Made by a program: the position numbers and the translations under genes. DNA of 62,855 bases, filler included, from Sphacelaria rigidula (taxonomy: Eukaryota): assembly GCA_964200075.2 (NCBI GenBank). It is 9 parts of 9 records of this genome, joined end to end, with 100 filler letters (N's around TTAATTAATTAA, not from the genome) between each part and the next. Parts side by side here need not be neighbours in the genome. Positions count along the whole stretch, not along the records: positions 34,976 to 41,870 come from CAXNAA020017540.1; positions 41,971 to 48,865 come from CAXNAA020017541.1; positions 48,966 to 55,860 come from CAXNAA020017542.1; 6 more parts are not named here. The stretch is one strand, 5' to 3'. Numbering within the stretch: position 1 is the stretch's first letter; every line of letters begins with the position of its first letter. Positions 41,428 through 55,121 of this stretch are shown in pieces. The notes under the pieces were generated by a model. The model saw only the letters and a list, made by a program, of their open reading frames with translations. It searched no databases and was not told the origin of the DNA.

Positions 41428-42594
41428 AACAAAATACTACTCAGTAAGACCATTGCCGTTCCGTGGAGTGAAGATTCTCCACTCCACACAAAATGATATC
41501 TGGTTCGACCACCATCATGATTACCGCAACGAAACGCAAGCGAGAAGAAAGTTGTCAGCTGGTCATCTAGCTTATGCAGTGAGTCACGTGCTTTACAGCG
41601 TCATTGCCATCCGACGCCAGCCCTCAAAATGGAGAGCCACAGCAGATCCTGCCCGCCCCTACTTTGTTATGACCACCCCATGCATCCTCGACCGGCAACC
41701 GTGCACCTCAACATTGTCATAATCAAATTAGGCGACTTCGTTCCACCTCCCCCCCCCCTTCTGCCCCCCAAAGTCAACGACTAAGGCAAGCAACGAATGA
41801 GTATGCCTTCCCCCCCCCGCCCCGCCCAACACAAATATCGCAATCGTCATATCCCTCTCAATATTACCCCNNNNNNNNNNNNNNNNNNNNNNNNNNNNNN
41901 NNNNNNNNNNNNNNTTAATTAATTAANNNNNNNNNNNNNNNNNNNNNNNNNNNNNNNNNNNNNNNNNNNNGATCACGGCCCAACTCGTCTGTGTCGATGA
42001 TATATTGCTTTAAGAGCTTAAATCCGTTTTTAGGCTGGCCCAGCTCGTATGGGAGGCTTACAGAAAACCGTACCGGCAATCGGGTATTTCTTCAAGGGCA
42101 TACCCGCGCTGCCAGTACGGGCAAACATCATGTCCAGAACTCACAGAATGGTCGGGCAAGGGTATGGCAGGCGTACAAAACTCACAGCAACTGTCGGGCA
42201 GGGTTTGGAAGCTGCACAGAAAACCGTACCCGCAACCGGGTATCTTATCAAGAGCATACCCGTGCCCCCAGTAACGGTACGGGGGGCTTACAGAACCCAC
42301 AGGACTATCGGGTAAGGGTACGAAAGTCGTACAGACTTTACAGAACTGTCGGGTACCGGTATGAAAGTTTCGGGTACGGTAAATACCCGGGAAAATTTCC
42401 CGGGTATACAGAAAACCGTACCCCACAGAACATAACCTTGAAATGCACTATTCGTATACTCGCGAAGGATACGGTGTACGCGACTCAAGTTCCTGGGTGG
42501 ATAGATGAGGTTTTTCAAGGTCATTCTTCGCGAACATCCGGATGTTTTCACTGTCACATGTAGAACGAAACAAGGTGCAACGTTTAAAGGCTCG

Positions 42595-42860
42595 GACGAA
42601 TGAATGATTCGCCTGGAAATTACTTGATTTTAGCGTGGTTGATTCGTACCGTACGAATCAATCCCTAGGCTTTGTTCTCAGCGTTGCAACCCAGGTACGC
42701 GCAGCCCAGGCACGTGGAATATGGCGCAAAAATTGCGTGCAGACCTTTTTGACCAGCGGTCAACTTTTTTCTCTCTCTTTGGAGTAATCAAGCCTGAAAA
42801 AACGTGGATTTGGTGATTCGAACCGGCATTGATTTGTCCGAACCGTGCAACGTTTTTCCA
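42595..42860. repeat. Dispersed repeat; second copy at ~59165-59395
   Basis: Shared TTCGTACCGTACGA...CCCAGGTACGCGC...TTGGAG.AAT...GATTTGGTGATTCGAACC. Confidence 0.7.
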
Positions 42861-43044
42861 TATGTTAGTTATCTGAGGAGTCGCGCACTCTACTTTCTTT
42901 ATCGAATGAAAAAGGAGAAAAATGCTCGTCTCGTTCAGAACGCTCCCGAGAACGTTCTCGAGAACCGAGCCGGTCCCGGAGGAAGGGACAAACGTCGTGT
43001 GCGTGAGGAAAAAGACTCACGAACAGCAGCGCTAATTTTCATCA

Positions 43045-43352
43045 TTTATTATTATTTATTTGTCGCACTTTGAACCCCTACCCTTCCTCGGGACGAGTCT
43101 GTGGTCTCAAGGGATCAACCCATCTCGTCCCGGTACACGCCTTGCATTTTGCTCTCACGGATTGGGTCAGTACTTCCTCACCTCGTCAACTCATGTCAAA
43201 CAACTCAGTCATCTCCTTTGTTTACTCACGTTCTTACGCTTTCCATGGTGGAAATCACACACTACGAGGAAAAAACCCAACGCATCGGGAATCGATCCCT
43301 CGTTTCCCCCACCCTTATGGTGATAGTCGAACCATTACAACACCGGCGGGGC
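43045..43352 (-). mobile_element. tRNA-derived SINE (family 2)
   Basis: Minus-strand head GCCCCGCCGGTGTTGTAATGG...GGATCGATTCCC. The conserved 3' body reads TTGAACCCCTACCCTTCCTCGGGACGAGTCTGTGGTC on +, followed by an (AAT)n-like tail. Fragments lie at ~533-640, ~1794-1860, ~40920-40995 and ~54240-54312. Confidence 0.7.
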
Positions 43353-44424
43353 ACGGCGGCCAAGCATAGCACAAATAGTAGGTTGCCGGCTACCGTAAAC
43401 ACCTACGCCGGTGTGTGTGCGTCTTGTGCTCCGATCGATGCATTCATTCCACGTACTGCAAGAACACGCGGTATAGCCTTCTGACGGCTGATTTAGCAGA
43501 TTAATATTTGGAACGGAAAAAAGAATCGACGATGTCTGCGTTGTCGCTCTATAACACCTAAGATTGGCGTGCGTGTTTATTGAGGACGGTGTGCTCTGCC
43601 GCTCAAGAAGCACAAGCACCCGAAATGAGAAACGGCTTATGTGAGAAAGCTGTAGTATACTGCTGCCTCCCGAGAGACGAATGTCGAGGAGCTGGGCACG
43701 CCCGTAACACGGCCCGAGCTCACACCATTCCCACGTCCAAATAAGGAATGGACGAAGAAGAAACTCGGCCGGAAGCACACTCGGAAATATGGAGTTGAAG
43801 TCTTGAACCGCGAGGGTAGTCCATCTTGACTATGCACACTTTGTTCAAGTGAAATTGATGCCGATTCGGCAGATGGCCTTCTCTCACCGTCTACAGGTTA
43901 CGCATGAATAAATTTATATACATACAAGCCGCACGGGACCCGGGGCCCCGCCCCGGTCCCGTCCGTCTTTTTCGAGGGTCTCGGTATTCTTGCCTTGCCA
44001 AGCTCTCGTGAGAAATGATCCTCTCTCGAAATGTTCCTGCCCGCCGGAAACATTACAGGGCCACCGCGAACGCGCGTCCGTTCGAACGGTCGCGAACGCA
44101 TGTGTACCCCCGCACAAAGTGTAGCACGAATCCGCTAACCGGGCCTCTAGCATTGGCATTGGCTCGAACAGTCATCTCCCGGGGCGGGTGCGGAGGAACT
44201 TGCACACTAAAATCAGCAACAAATCTCGTGGACGCCTCGTTACAAAGTATGCTCGACGCTCGTGAGTTCGAAATATTCTATATATACACTACATATTCCA
44301 CGCGGCGGACAAGTGAGTCTCACCTCTAATGAGAGGTAGGTGTGGCTCTATATTTCCTTTTTCGCACCCCCTTACCTCCCACCCCCGTGCTCCCCGCCCC
44401 CCCAAATCCGTCTTGGCCCTACAG

Positions 44425-47245
44425 GAAGTTGACGACAGCAAGGGCAAGAGTAGAAACAACATCCGTGCGAACAGGATTGGCAAACACGGCCGCAAGAATA
44501 TCTCGGGAAGAAGGTTGTCATCAGGAAAATCCAGAAATTCGTCACTACTGCCGTCGTCGTCGTCGTCGTCCTCGCCATGGCAAAGCGCCGAGGGCAGCAG
44601 CGGTGACCGCAGCCGTGGAGAGACCGGCGGGGTAATTAGAACGACCAGCGGGGGAACTACCAGAACGACCAAGACGGAGTTCGAGCAGCCGTGCCGAGAG
44701 GTGGACGAGGCCAACCGCCTCAGGCAGGGATCTTCATCGACAGCAACAAAAGCCGGCAAGAAAAAAGATACTTCCAAGCAGTCTCATTCCGTCGCTAAGT
44801 CCAACTGTGCCACTAGCCTTCGCACGACGAGCGGCCTCGCGAAAGACGGCAGGTGCAGCGGGGGCGGCGTCGGCACCGGTGGTAGAAGCAACAGTCAGAT
44901 TCTTGTGGATCTCAGTGCGTCGGTGAGTGTGCACCGTAAGTGCCATGTGGCTGTCTGCGACAAGACAACAGCAGGTTTCAGTTTTCAAGTTTTATCGCAG
45001 TGCAAATCCGACTGTACCTTGAGTGATGAAAGTTCCTTCGGCTCGACCATGCGGTAGCATCTGCTCCGTCTCGAAAGGGATGCGTGGTCAATGGTCAAAC
45101 GACTAAGGCAAGCAACAGATGAGTACGCCCCCCCCCCGCCGCCCTCCCATCCGTCGCTCACGGTAGGTTTCATACCCCGGGCAATAGCCTACAATGTAAG
45201 TACATTTTTTTCTATTGTCTGATGCAAGAGACGTAATAGTCGATACTGCATGCAGTACACGTCTTTACCATGTAGTCTGTTGGTTGGCCCGGTGGCTCAG
45301 CCTTCTGACGGTTGGGTCGTGGGTTCAAATCTCGATCTGGGATTTTTCCTCACACCATGTCCAACAGTGGAGAGCAACTATGTCGTTGGTACACAAGGTT
45401 CGACCTAACGGTCGACGAGGGAAAGAGTCTGCCGAACCCTTCTCGCGATAAAAAATAAAGGCAAGCACTGCAGAAGGAAGGTGGTGTACTAGAAACAAAT
45501 GAAGAAAGAAAAAGCTCCTGTGTTGACCTTTCTCCTGTGTGACCCCGAGCTGGTGCGCCCACATATACCGAAAGGTGTAGACCGGCGTCCAGAATAGATG
45601 GGACGACAACACACGACAACACAGTCTGTTTTCCAGGGTGTGGTGGGTTTGCGAAATGCGTTGCCAATAGTCCATGGTTGGAGCTTATTATTATTATTTT
45701 ATTTGTCGCACCCTGTGCTAACCGTTTCGCCAGCCCAAACCGAAACTAAACTCAGAGCCTTCGGTCAAGGGGAGTGCAAAGGTTGCCCTAGGTACACGAT
45801 GCGTTAGCCGAATGAAAACCGCGCGCTGCGCAGGCTGCGCGAGTGCTAGGAACGGTCAACTTCCCAAAGATTCGAATGCCAGGGTCCACGCTACAACCAA
45901 CCTATTTTCAACCATGGATTTCCGGCGATGGGATCGATCTTGCCCCATATCCTGGTCGGCACTAGTCATCAGTCGAAAGGGGTCTGTCGACCCATCTCCC
46001 CCCGCTGCACGTACGCTTTGCACCCTGCTGTTGCAGCCCTTCGACCTTCATTTAACCAGTTCTCCCAATGTTTTGGTTAACATACGACCACACATAGTAA
46101 TAGCACGGCATACGTATAGAACCCTACGATGCTGTGCGTCTGATGTCACCTTTCCACACCCACTCCAGACTAACCAAACCTCCGCCCCTCTCATGTGCCC
46201 CACGAATCGATGTGTGTTTGTTTCTGGGGGATTTCAGCTAGAAGAGCTGCTGAGCACCTGGGGCATTTCCCCGGGCCTCACGACCGGTCCTGCTGGCGAA
46301 GACAATCACCCTTCACACCCTATTTCCAACAAAATCGCCACTCTACCGCACCACCAGGCCCCGGGCGGTGGAAGCGGTGCAGCAACGGCAGTCGATATTT
46401 GCGGCACCCACGTCTCCGGTGGAACATTGTCGGGTGGCAGCGGTAGCAGTGGCGGCGTCGGCGGAGCTCCGAGTGGCGTCGGTACTAGTTTCGGTAGTTA
46501 CGGTGGCACTCCTGCCGATGAGTGTTCTCGATACGGCGGAGGTGGAGGTGTTGCCGCCGCCGTTGAGTTTTCCGGGGGTGAATATTCTTCTTACTTTCCT
46601 TCTTTGCCGTCAACATCGTCGTCGTGTACGCCCGCCACGAGTTTCGATGGACCCGGCAACTCCGCCGCCGAACAGTACCTACAGCAGCAGCAGCAGCATG
46701 CGGCGGCGGTGGCAGGCTCTCAAGCCACACTCTGGCCTCACACGCACACCTACTTACCGGCGTGTAAACCGTATGATCTTGCCCCCCGCCGTCCCGTAGT
46801 GGGACCTGCAGTCACCCCTCTAGCACCGGGAAACGCGACCGGTACCTCCACCTATAACGGCCCATCTTCTGTGTATTGTTTTCCCGGCGATGGTGGTGAT
46901 TATGCGGCGGCGGGCGGTTGGGGCGGCGGCGGCGGCAGCAGCGGTGGACGTTTCTCGCCAGCACTACCCCTCCCTCGCCCGGCCTTCGGCAGCAGCAGCA
47001 AATCACGAAGCGTAGCGTCCGCCCCCGCGCAGCACCTAGCCACCCTTCGTGATTTACTGGCCGGCGGTAGTGGTGGTGGCGAGGGGGATCACGATGACGA
47101 TGGCGTTGTTCTTGATGATAGCGACGATGAAAATGCTGGTGATTGCGATGGCCGTGCTGGCGGCGGCGGCGGGGACTTGTGTGCCGGAGCGGCGGGGGTG
47201 GCGGCGAGGGGTGGTGCTCCGGAGGTTCCGGGAATGATGGATTGA
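44425..47245 (+). CDS. 3' part of a gene for a low-complexity Ser/Gly-rich protein: exons 44425-44922 and 46238-47245
   Basis: CAG|GAAGTT...TCG|GTGAGT (phase 0) splices to CAG|CTAGAA, giving ...NSQILVDLSAS|LEELLSTWGISPG.... The frames are long and open, with poly-S, poly-Q and poly-G tracts. No domain recognised. Confidence 0.7.
45061..45147 (+). mobile_element. 5'-truncated LINE 3' terminus (same family); a shorter copy lies at ~41773-41825
   Basis: TGCTCCGTCTCGAAAGGGATGCGTGGTCAATGGTCAAACGACTAAGGCAAGCAACAGATGAGTACG plus poly-C is nearly identical to 62714-62780. Confidence 0.8.
45283..45622 (+). mobile_element. tRNA-derived SINE (family 1) with an 8-bp target-site duplication
   Basis: A-box-like GGTGGCTCAG and B-box-like GGTTCAAATC head; tail GGGACGACAACACAC; flanked by AGTCTGTT at 45274-45281 and 45623-45630. 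Other copies lie at 54360-55121 and 13632-13712 (3' part). Confidence 0.8.
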
Positions 47246-50070
47246 TGAAGTGGCCTGAGCACGCGGAGCGGGGGTTCTGTTGTGGATGACGTGGCATGTT
47301 TGTGATGTATTTTCTGGGTAGGTGTGAAGAGAGGTTACGCTTTGGCGTGAGCAAAGCAATCGACACGAGGGGGGGAGAGGAAGAATCAGGGGCCATGGGG
47401 CCTGGATGGGTACACACCGCTGCGGAATGAGTGTACTAACGCAGCAAGCTGGAGAAACATCACTTTTATTTTTCGCCGTGTGTTTTCGTCAAACACAACC
47501 AGTGTAACTGCTGAGAAGCGCGATACGTCGTGCGTGCCCACCGCGGTGGTCGACGTACATACGAAGTATACATATGTCGTATAGTACATATTTAGGCTGT
47601 AGAACCGCGCGTGGCATATCCCTGTGCTGCTCACCATTGATTTCACATGTATACTGTATACATCTATATGTGCAGGATGTATGTAGCGAAGCGCAGCATT
47701 CGGGCTCTTCCCCTGTTTGCAACCGGGCAGGTTGCGATTGGAGTAAGGCGCGGGACATTTCAGTCGACTTTACTATCCAGGCGCCGAGCCGGTAGAGTTG
47801 AGAGATGCGTCGATACCATTATATAGTTGTTTTATTACGTGTTTTTTTTGTTTTTGTTTTTTACTTTATTTGTTTGTAAGCACCTATAAATGTACAGTAG
47901 TACGAGAGTAGCGGGCGAGTTTTCGTATCACTTTTACTCGTCTCTGACGTCTGTCTTTTCGTGCATGTCGTGGCTCTGCCGTATTCCCGCCACGGTCTTG
48001 TGATGATTGTCCTGTCCCGGCATCACGATGACTCCGAGGTGGCATTTCTCCGTTTGATTTCACGGATCTTGTTTCTCGGGGGTTGTATTTTCGACGGCTG
48101 TGAAGTGTATAAATCAACGAAGAACTGTGTTCTCAGCTTGCACTGTGGTGGTGACGGGAGTAGCGGGGTAATGGAGGGCGGATATTTTCAAATCTCAGCG
48201 CAATCCAATATGGGGCCCACTCACGTAGATTCATACTGACAGTGCAGTGTCGTGACGTTGTTATTTTTCCCAGCGTACTGTAGTTTCTCTCAGTGTACTA
48301 CTCTCAGTGTATGTCCAATCTAATTCGTGAAATTGCGTCGGGGACACGTTCTGGTTTCTACCCGTGGCGCTACTCGTCATCACACTGAGAAATCAGAACA
48401 CGGGTCTCCGGTAATACGTATTTCATTGGGTATTTGCAGATTTTGTTTTTGTCGCCGGGTTGAGGGATGCCCTGATGACGTGATCAAGGGGAAAGGATAG
48501 CGGGAAGAGGAGGGAAGGGGGAGAGGGGGGCATTGTGAGAGGTTGGACTCCTGCCTGGTCTGACGGTGCCGTGCGTGGAGATGTATGTGCATATCCTTGC
48601 CCAGTTGAGTCACTCATGCTCAACTACCTTCACTCTGCCATAACCTCGGGTGAAACTATGCGTGGACTGTTCAAGCGTGGTGGCCAGTAGTGCGTGCGAC
48701 TCAAGATATAAATCAAACTGTGTAAATAACAAATCGGACTGTTTAGTCGTGTCAACCAGATTGAGGCGTGTGTACGACTTGAGAAATGCATCGAGAGGGT
48801 GATGTCGCGATGCCCCCCCCCCCCCCCCCCCAAACCAGCCCCAAAATTGTCACGAAGAACATGGCNNNNNNNNNNNNNNNNNNNNNNNNNNNNNNNNNNN
48901 NNNNNNNNNTTAATTAATTAANNNNNNNNNNNNNNNNNNNNNNNNNNNNNNNNNNNNNNNNNNNNATGGCGTGTTGAGCTGTTTTCGCGTTTCTCGCCAT
49001 ATTTTGTACCTTTCTAAGGCAAAAAACGAGAGGATATACCTTTTCTAGGCCATTGCCCTTATTTTTTTCTCCATTCCCGTAACATAACCGTGTTGGTCGA
49101 TTTCAAGCCTTCGACAGCGCGAGATGTAGGTCATCAGTTGAATCGGCTTGAAAAAAGTTTGCATGGTCTAGATGTGGACTACCCTCGCTGTCCAGGGGTT
49201 GAAGGTCATTACAGGTAGCGCCACCAGTGAAGCCTCAGACAGCGAGAGTAGGCCACCTGCCGAGTCGGCATCACCTTCATATGAAAAGTTACGGAATGAT
49301 CAACATAACTCACCTACCCTGTCGGTCTAAGGGGTAAGAACTTGGCTGTGTAGAACCTGACCTTCAGAGTTTTCAATACAATACGTGTACATGGGACTTG
49401 AGCACAAATTGTGACGCCTTGATAATATCACCACAGAAGAAACTATATATATATATATATATATACATCGTGGATGTCGGCAGCCCACAGAGGGAATAAA
49501 AACACTCGAGCCTGGCGTCAATCAAGAGGTTCCTGCGTGGAAGTGCTGCCTACCCTGTATTCATTGATTCCGAGGCTCCGAGACATGAACCATCACTCGC
49601 TGGGTCAAAAGGCACCGTTTGGAGGTCACCGTTCGGAAATCGCCGCGCACAATGCAATGACACGATAGATTGATACCTACAGAAGACCACGGCTGGATCC
49701 CGGGGAGGGTTCAGTTAACGTGAGACAATCAATCAATCAAAAACAATAACGGAGTCAATTCGGCGTTCGGGACGCCTTGTGCCGGTGCGCATCGGTCTAC
49801 CGGAGCACTTAGCACGCAGTGCAGTTGAAGGTAGGACCATTCATACATGATACTTATTTCGAGACCAAAAAAGGAACCGCCAAAACAGATTCGTTGCGGG
49901 ATATTTTGCCACGAGAGTTCCAACATTTCTATCTCGAAGCTTTCAGGTTTGTAGACTCAGCGCATGAGCAGAAAAATCAACAGGGTTTGGGGGGTCCTCC
50001 CGTCGCACATGAGGAGTTGGAAAATAAGCACAAAAACAAAATACACGTGCAGTACGCGCCTCTGCCTCAC

Positions 50071-50340
50071 CTGCTGCTGCTGCTGCTGCTGCTGCCGCTG
50101 CTGGTGTTGCTCGTGTACCTGGTCAGGCGGAAGCGACTGCGCTAGCGCCTGCACGGCAATCCCGGCTCTCCACAGCCCGTACAGGCTTGGCACCACGCGC
50201 GAACCACGTGCTCGCTTCTGAATTTTTCAGCGTAAGGGACAGCAAAAAATCAGGTTCATGAAACACAGCACTTGCAAACAGGCGGCGCAAAGGTAAGGCC
50301 GAACCTACTTACAAAGCCGTCTTGCTGCTGTCCGTCCAAC
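50071..50340 (-). CDS. Possible internal exons (50340-50313, 50217-50071) of an unknown poly-Q protein
   Basis: Boundaries are TAG|...|GTAAGT and CAG|...|GTGAGG. In frame they read LDGQQQDGF|KRARGSRVVPSLYGLWRAG...QQRQQQQQQQQ. Flanking exons were not found. Confidence 0.35.
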
Positions 50341-53300
50341 CTATCGCGGGTATTGGCGCCAAACTAACAACATCTTATGGAAGGTAAAGTTGATGACATT
50401 GCACGCCAAAACAAAAGCACCCGCCCCATTACGACCGAATCCCTCGTGGGCCGACTACTGCAAACAATGCTGTCATGAGATTGAGAGTTTAGCATTGATT
50501 GAGAGTGAGCTTTTACTTTTCGCTCTAGCTCGACGACTTGTTTGTTTTTTGTGTGTGATTTTCTTTGCTTGGAACACTGTCGTGTGCTTACTACAGCTAC
50601 ACGTCGATATCGTACTCACGGATATCCAAGGCTTCAGTGGCGAGCAACTACAGAGGGTGCATCGAGCCTCGTGGAGGGGCGTTACAGAATTGAAACTGTT
50701 TCATTCATTGATGGGCCGCTTTTCACTTTCAATCGTATCTAGACTCCCGATCTCATCAAGACAATATTGCAGTATAATATGAACATTTTTCTTGTTTTTC
50801 ATATACCAACGAAAACAGCGCGGGCAGTTTTTTTCACTCGTTAATCCGCCGATTTCAATATGTTTCAAGTATTTGATATATCTGCAGACAATTCCGGGAG
50901 TTTGACGCTTCACGGGGGCGTTTGTTTTCCCGTGTACTATCGGATCAAGGCAAGGCTTCCCGAACGCTCGAGGAGCCTATCCCATATGGCTGCCGCGAGG
51001 CGGTCTACCAGAGCCTCCGGGTAATCGGAGAACACGAACCTGCTTGCGACAATTTATCTTAGGAGGGATGTTTCCACCACGACAATACTTGACCCATTAT
51101 GTGCAAAAAATGAAGCTGTGCTTGGACGGGAGGCGCAGCCACAAACTGCGAGTACAGAAACGAAAAGACGGATGTCGGGGCACATGAGTCATAGCTCAAC
51201 CCAACAGCGTAGGAAAACGGATCAAACGTATTTTTTATTCCTTCGACCGTCACGGGTGGAGTCATCTGTTCATGTCGACACTTCTTTCATTTGAAGATTG
51301 GAAGTAAGACCCCGATGACCCACCCTGTCAGTCAAAGGGTGATGCAACAACCGCCACGATAATCCACGCGTCTATGCAGCCCGAAATCGAGGCGGGATGT
51401 TTCTCTGGCGGGCGGGTGCTTCACGCGGTGCGTTTCCTTGCTACTATGAAGCGGCATATTTCACCGGCTGGGTCGGCGGGTCATTTCCCCACTTTAATAT
51501 ACCGCATGATCGTGGAAGAGATATGAGAGTCTTCCCGGTCAGTTGAGTGTGGTCAACAAAGATAACTCGACAAAATTAAAATTCTTGATTTCTAGGGGGT
51601 TTGCCGGCATAATGTTGTTCCGACACGGGGCACTAAAACTGAGTGTTGTATCTGCTCAACCATGGAATTCGGCGGCGAGTTCTCAAGGACCTGGACTCCT
51701 GCAACTTTCAAGTATGGGCTTTGACGACGGGTTTGCGTCAACTGGGCGCTGTGCCCGTAGCGCCGCCTGATGCTCGGGGGTGTCTTTCCTATTCTTGATC
51801 GAACTGGTTTTGAATGAAGTACATGAAACTCGAGTGAATCCGTTTGTTTTGCGGAGGTTAGCTCACCACTCACGAAGTGCAGTGGTGAACTCAAGTGGTT
51901 ATGCGCGATTTGGGTTCAAGCGAATTTGCAAGCTTTCGATGAAATGACGGTTGAATTCGTGAAACGGTACTATCAATTAGTTCATTTTACCGGGAAAAGT
52001 GTAGACAGTACTGTCCGTACTGTCTCGCATACAGTATAGGTACAATGATAAGCGGGCAGCGTGCTGTACAGACAGCATGGAAGTGCACACCCTGGACAGA
52101 ATATCATGTTGTCAAAAAATGTACTGCGTACAGTGTGGAATCTAATGTCTCTCGCAATAGGCGCAATGGTCGTACGCAGTTCACTTTTTGGCTGTGTTTT
52201 CTCCTGTACAGGGAATGTAGAAGTGTACTCTTTGCACACAGTTTTGTGCAACGTGAAACGGACTTGAACAACGTGCATTTTTTTACCGCAGGCACTGTCC
52301 ACAAGGATGCGCGCAAGTCGGTCGCCCACCTCACCATGCGATTCCGTCGCCGACCCCCATACCATAAGGAAGATGCTGAAGGTGTTCAACTGACTAGCGT
52401 CTTGTACAAACCTGCTTTGCTTGACCTTTTTGCATCGGGGGTGGGCCAGCTGGTCGAGCAGTTATTTTTCGAGTAAAACTTGATGCTGATTCGACGGATG
52501 AACTCTGGCCGCGGTCAAACGGTCAACTGTTGTATGTTCATGTTCCGAAACAGCTACTATGCTGCTATACCTTCAACACCAAGCAGGCACTCGAACGGCT
52601 GTAAGTTTGTCGCTAGTATCAGTATCGCGTTGGAAACGCCATCGCATCTTGAGATATTTTCCGGGACACACATGACACCTGCTGATGCGCCCATATTTAC
52701 CGACAGACGTCCAGAATTAATGGGGGGTAAATGGGATGACAACCCTCCCTCTCTCGCGGGCATCAGACTGGGATGCTTGGATTAATCAGTGAATGTTATT
52801 TAGCGTACGAAGTGGACAGTTTCACGTGTTACCGTCTTCTCGGAGCCGACAAATTCCACTCAGGGCGTGTCTTTAGCACATAATATTTTGATCAACAAGG
52901 CCCGCAGAAAAAATAGTAACCTCATAGGTTGCCACTCATGGCGACGTCATTCACGTCCAATTTATCCCCTCGGAATTTCTCTTTTCCGCCGTGCTTCCTC
53001 GATCGAAAAAATGCGCTAAAAAACACGCCGTCAGACTAACCAGCGCACGACAGATCCTGAAACCGAAGTACTCTTCTTGCAGGAATAGGGCAAGTGTAGT
53101 GGAACGACCCAGGATTCAGATACATTGCAGTCCCGTGGGGGAGTCTTCCCCCACCCCCACTTAACTGTATAGGCTGTACAGGGTAAGGATCAAGTGCAAG
53201 GGAGGTGATAGTAACCAGGGTTCAACTCCCCCTTCTTCACATACATCAACGTTTAGGCTTTGCTCCGTGGGGGTGACACTCGGTGGGCCCGCAGTACTTG

Positions 53301-54359
53301 CCACACCTGCACCAACCACGCGTTGCGCTGTGCAGCACGCCTCTGCCTACAAGATGCCCATACCGTTGCGCTGGCCTCCATCTACAAAATGGCTATGAGA
53401 CATGGTATGACTATGGCTTTGCCACTTGCCTTGCCGATGCCAACTCCGATACTGTCCTCTCTGTACGCGAGCGACACGCTGTGCTGCTGCTTGGAACGAA
53501 GCATGCTGGGCGAGTGTAGGGGTTGGTTGGCTCCACCAGTCGAAAGCGCAGGCTAGCTTGAGCTGGTGACCCGCAGCAACACCAATGTAGGGTTCGGGTG
53601 AGGTTCAGGTTCACGGTTCGCGTACGAGTTAGTTGGCGGTGAAAAATCAGGTCATCACACGGGCTGGCTCATTGTTATGAGTGCGGTGAATTTCGACGGA
53701 CTCACTTATTTGCCAACTCTCCGTCTCATGTCGGCGACGCAGACGCAGACGCAGCAAATTGCATTATGAGTTTGTGCGCATGCCGGACAGCTGTCGGAGC
53801 AGCGGTGACGGTGCCTGAATTGACATCGCCCAGACCAGTTGATATCACCGTTGTGTAATCAAACAACAGGACATTGAACGCACACCCGCGTACAGACAGT
53901 AAAACATGCAGAGCGGTGAAATTGTTGGTACCGTGAATCTACGAAGACGATTTTTGGTCTGGGACTCGACCGGGGGAAGCAGCGAGCTGAGCGATGTTTT
54001 TTTCTTTGTACGCCCGAGATGGATTTGTTTTATACTACCCCTATATTGTAGATATTGTGCGAAACGCCGTTGCGTAGACGTGTCGGAAGATGAATCGCCC
54101 GAACAGACATTACGTGCTGTGCTGTAATGCACCGTCTGTCTTGCGACATCAACTGCTGGGGCATGCGGGGTACTAGCTACGTTATGGTACCTTGATGCTA
54201 CTGTACTGTGGTACTTGTTTCGTTTTTTTGTTCGCGATTTGTCACACTTTGAACCTTCCCCTTCCTCGGCACGAGTCCGTGGTCACTGAGGACCAACCCA
54301 TCTCTCCCCGGTACTTTACTCGCCCATTTCCGGAAAAAAAGTCATCACAGCAGTTGCCG

Positions 54360-55121
54360 GTCGCCCCGGTGGCTCAGTTGGTAACCTGGAAACCTTCTGA
54401 CGGTTGGATCGTGGGTTCGAATTCCAGAGCGATCCGGGATTTTTTCTCACACACTGCCGGACAGTACAGTAGTGGAGAGCAAGTATGTCGTTGGTGCATA
54501 TACTTCAAAATTCGCCCATGGTCGACGACGGAAATTGACTGCTGAGGCCGTCCGTGTATTATCTAATTGTTTTCGACTCGAAAGCGTACGGTGGAATCGA
54601 ATTTGCTCTTGCCTGATACGTCCACGCGGCATTCATGTTCTCAACCATCTGAGAAGATAGAGATCGTGCGCGAATCAGAAACGAGGGAATTCGAATCGAC
54701 CGCACGTTTTCGATACGAAAACAATTTGATAGGACACGGCCTGAGGGCCTGTCTTAGCACACGAGTTTTCGATCGAAAAAGTGCGGTGGAAAACAAAAAT
54801 TCCGATCTGATAGGTCGTAATTTCAACCATGATCGTAAGTTTCAAAAGATGGTTGAAATCATGGCCCATCATATTGGAATTTTTGTTTTCCACCGACCTT
54901 TTTCGATCGAAAACTGATGTGCCAAGACAGGGCCTGCACCCCTCTCGCGATGAAAAATAAAAGGCCAGCACCGCAGAAGGAAGGTGGAAAACTGAAATGA
55001 ACAAGAAAGGAAAAAACTCCTCTGTCAGCCTTCCTCCTGTGTGACCCCGGCTGGTCCGCCCACATCTGGCGAAAGTTGTAGCTGGCGTCTAGAATAAATG
55101 GGATGACAACACACATCACAC
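54360..55121 (+). mobile_element. tRNA-derived SINE (family 1) interrupted by two MITEs
   Basis: A box TGGCTCAGTTGG (54370-54381) and B box GGTTCGAATTCC (54414-54425). The body aligns with 45283-45622 on both sides of the insertion at 54546-54934. Confidence 0.8.
54546..54934. mobile_element. Two adjacent fold-back MITEs (54546-54741 and 54745-54934), PIF/Harbinger (Tourist)-like
   Basis: Each is an imperfect ~190-bp palindrome with GGCC-type termini. They are flanked and separated by TGA/TGA/TGC trinucleotides, consistent with a 3-bp TSD. Confidence 0.7.

Noticed and set aside
53260..53556. GDTRW as a hAT transposase TRW motif
   Set aside because: A three-residue match with no supporting flanking motifs or TIRs.
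54360..54435. tRNA genes here, at 57370-57447 and at 43280-43352
   Set aside because: A and B boxes are present but there is no complete cloverleaf, and each continues into a repeated SINE body.
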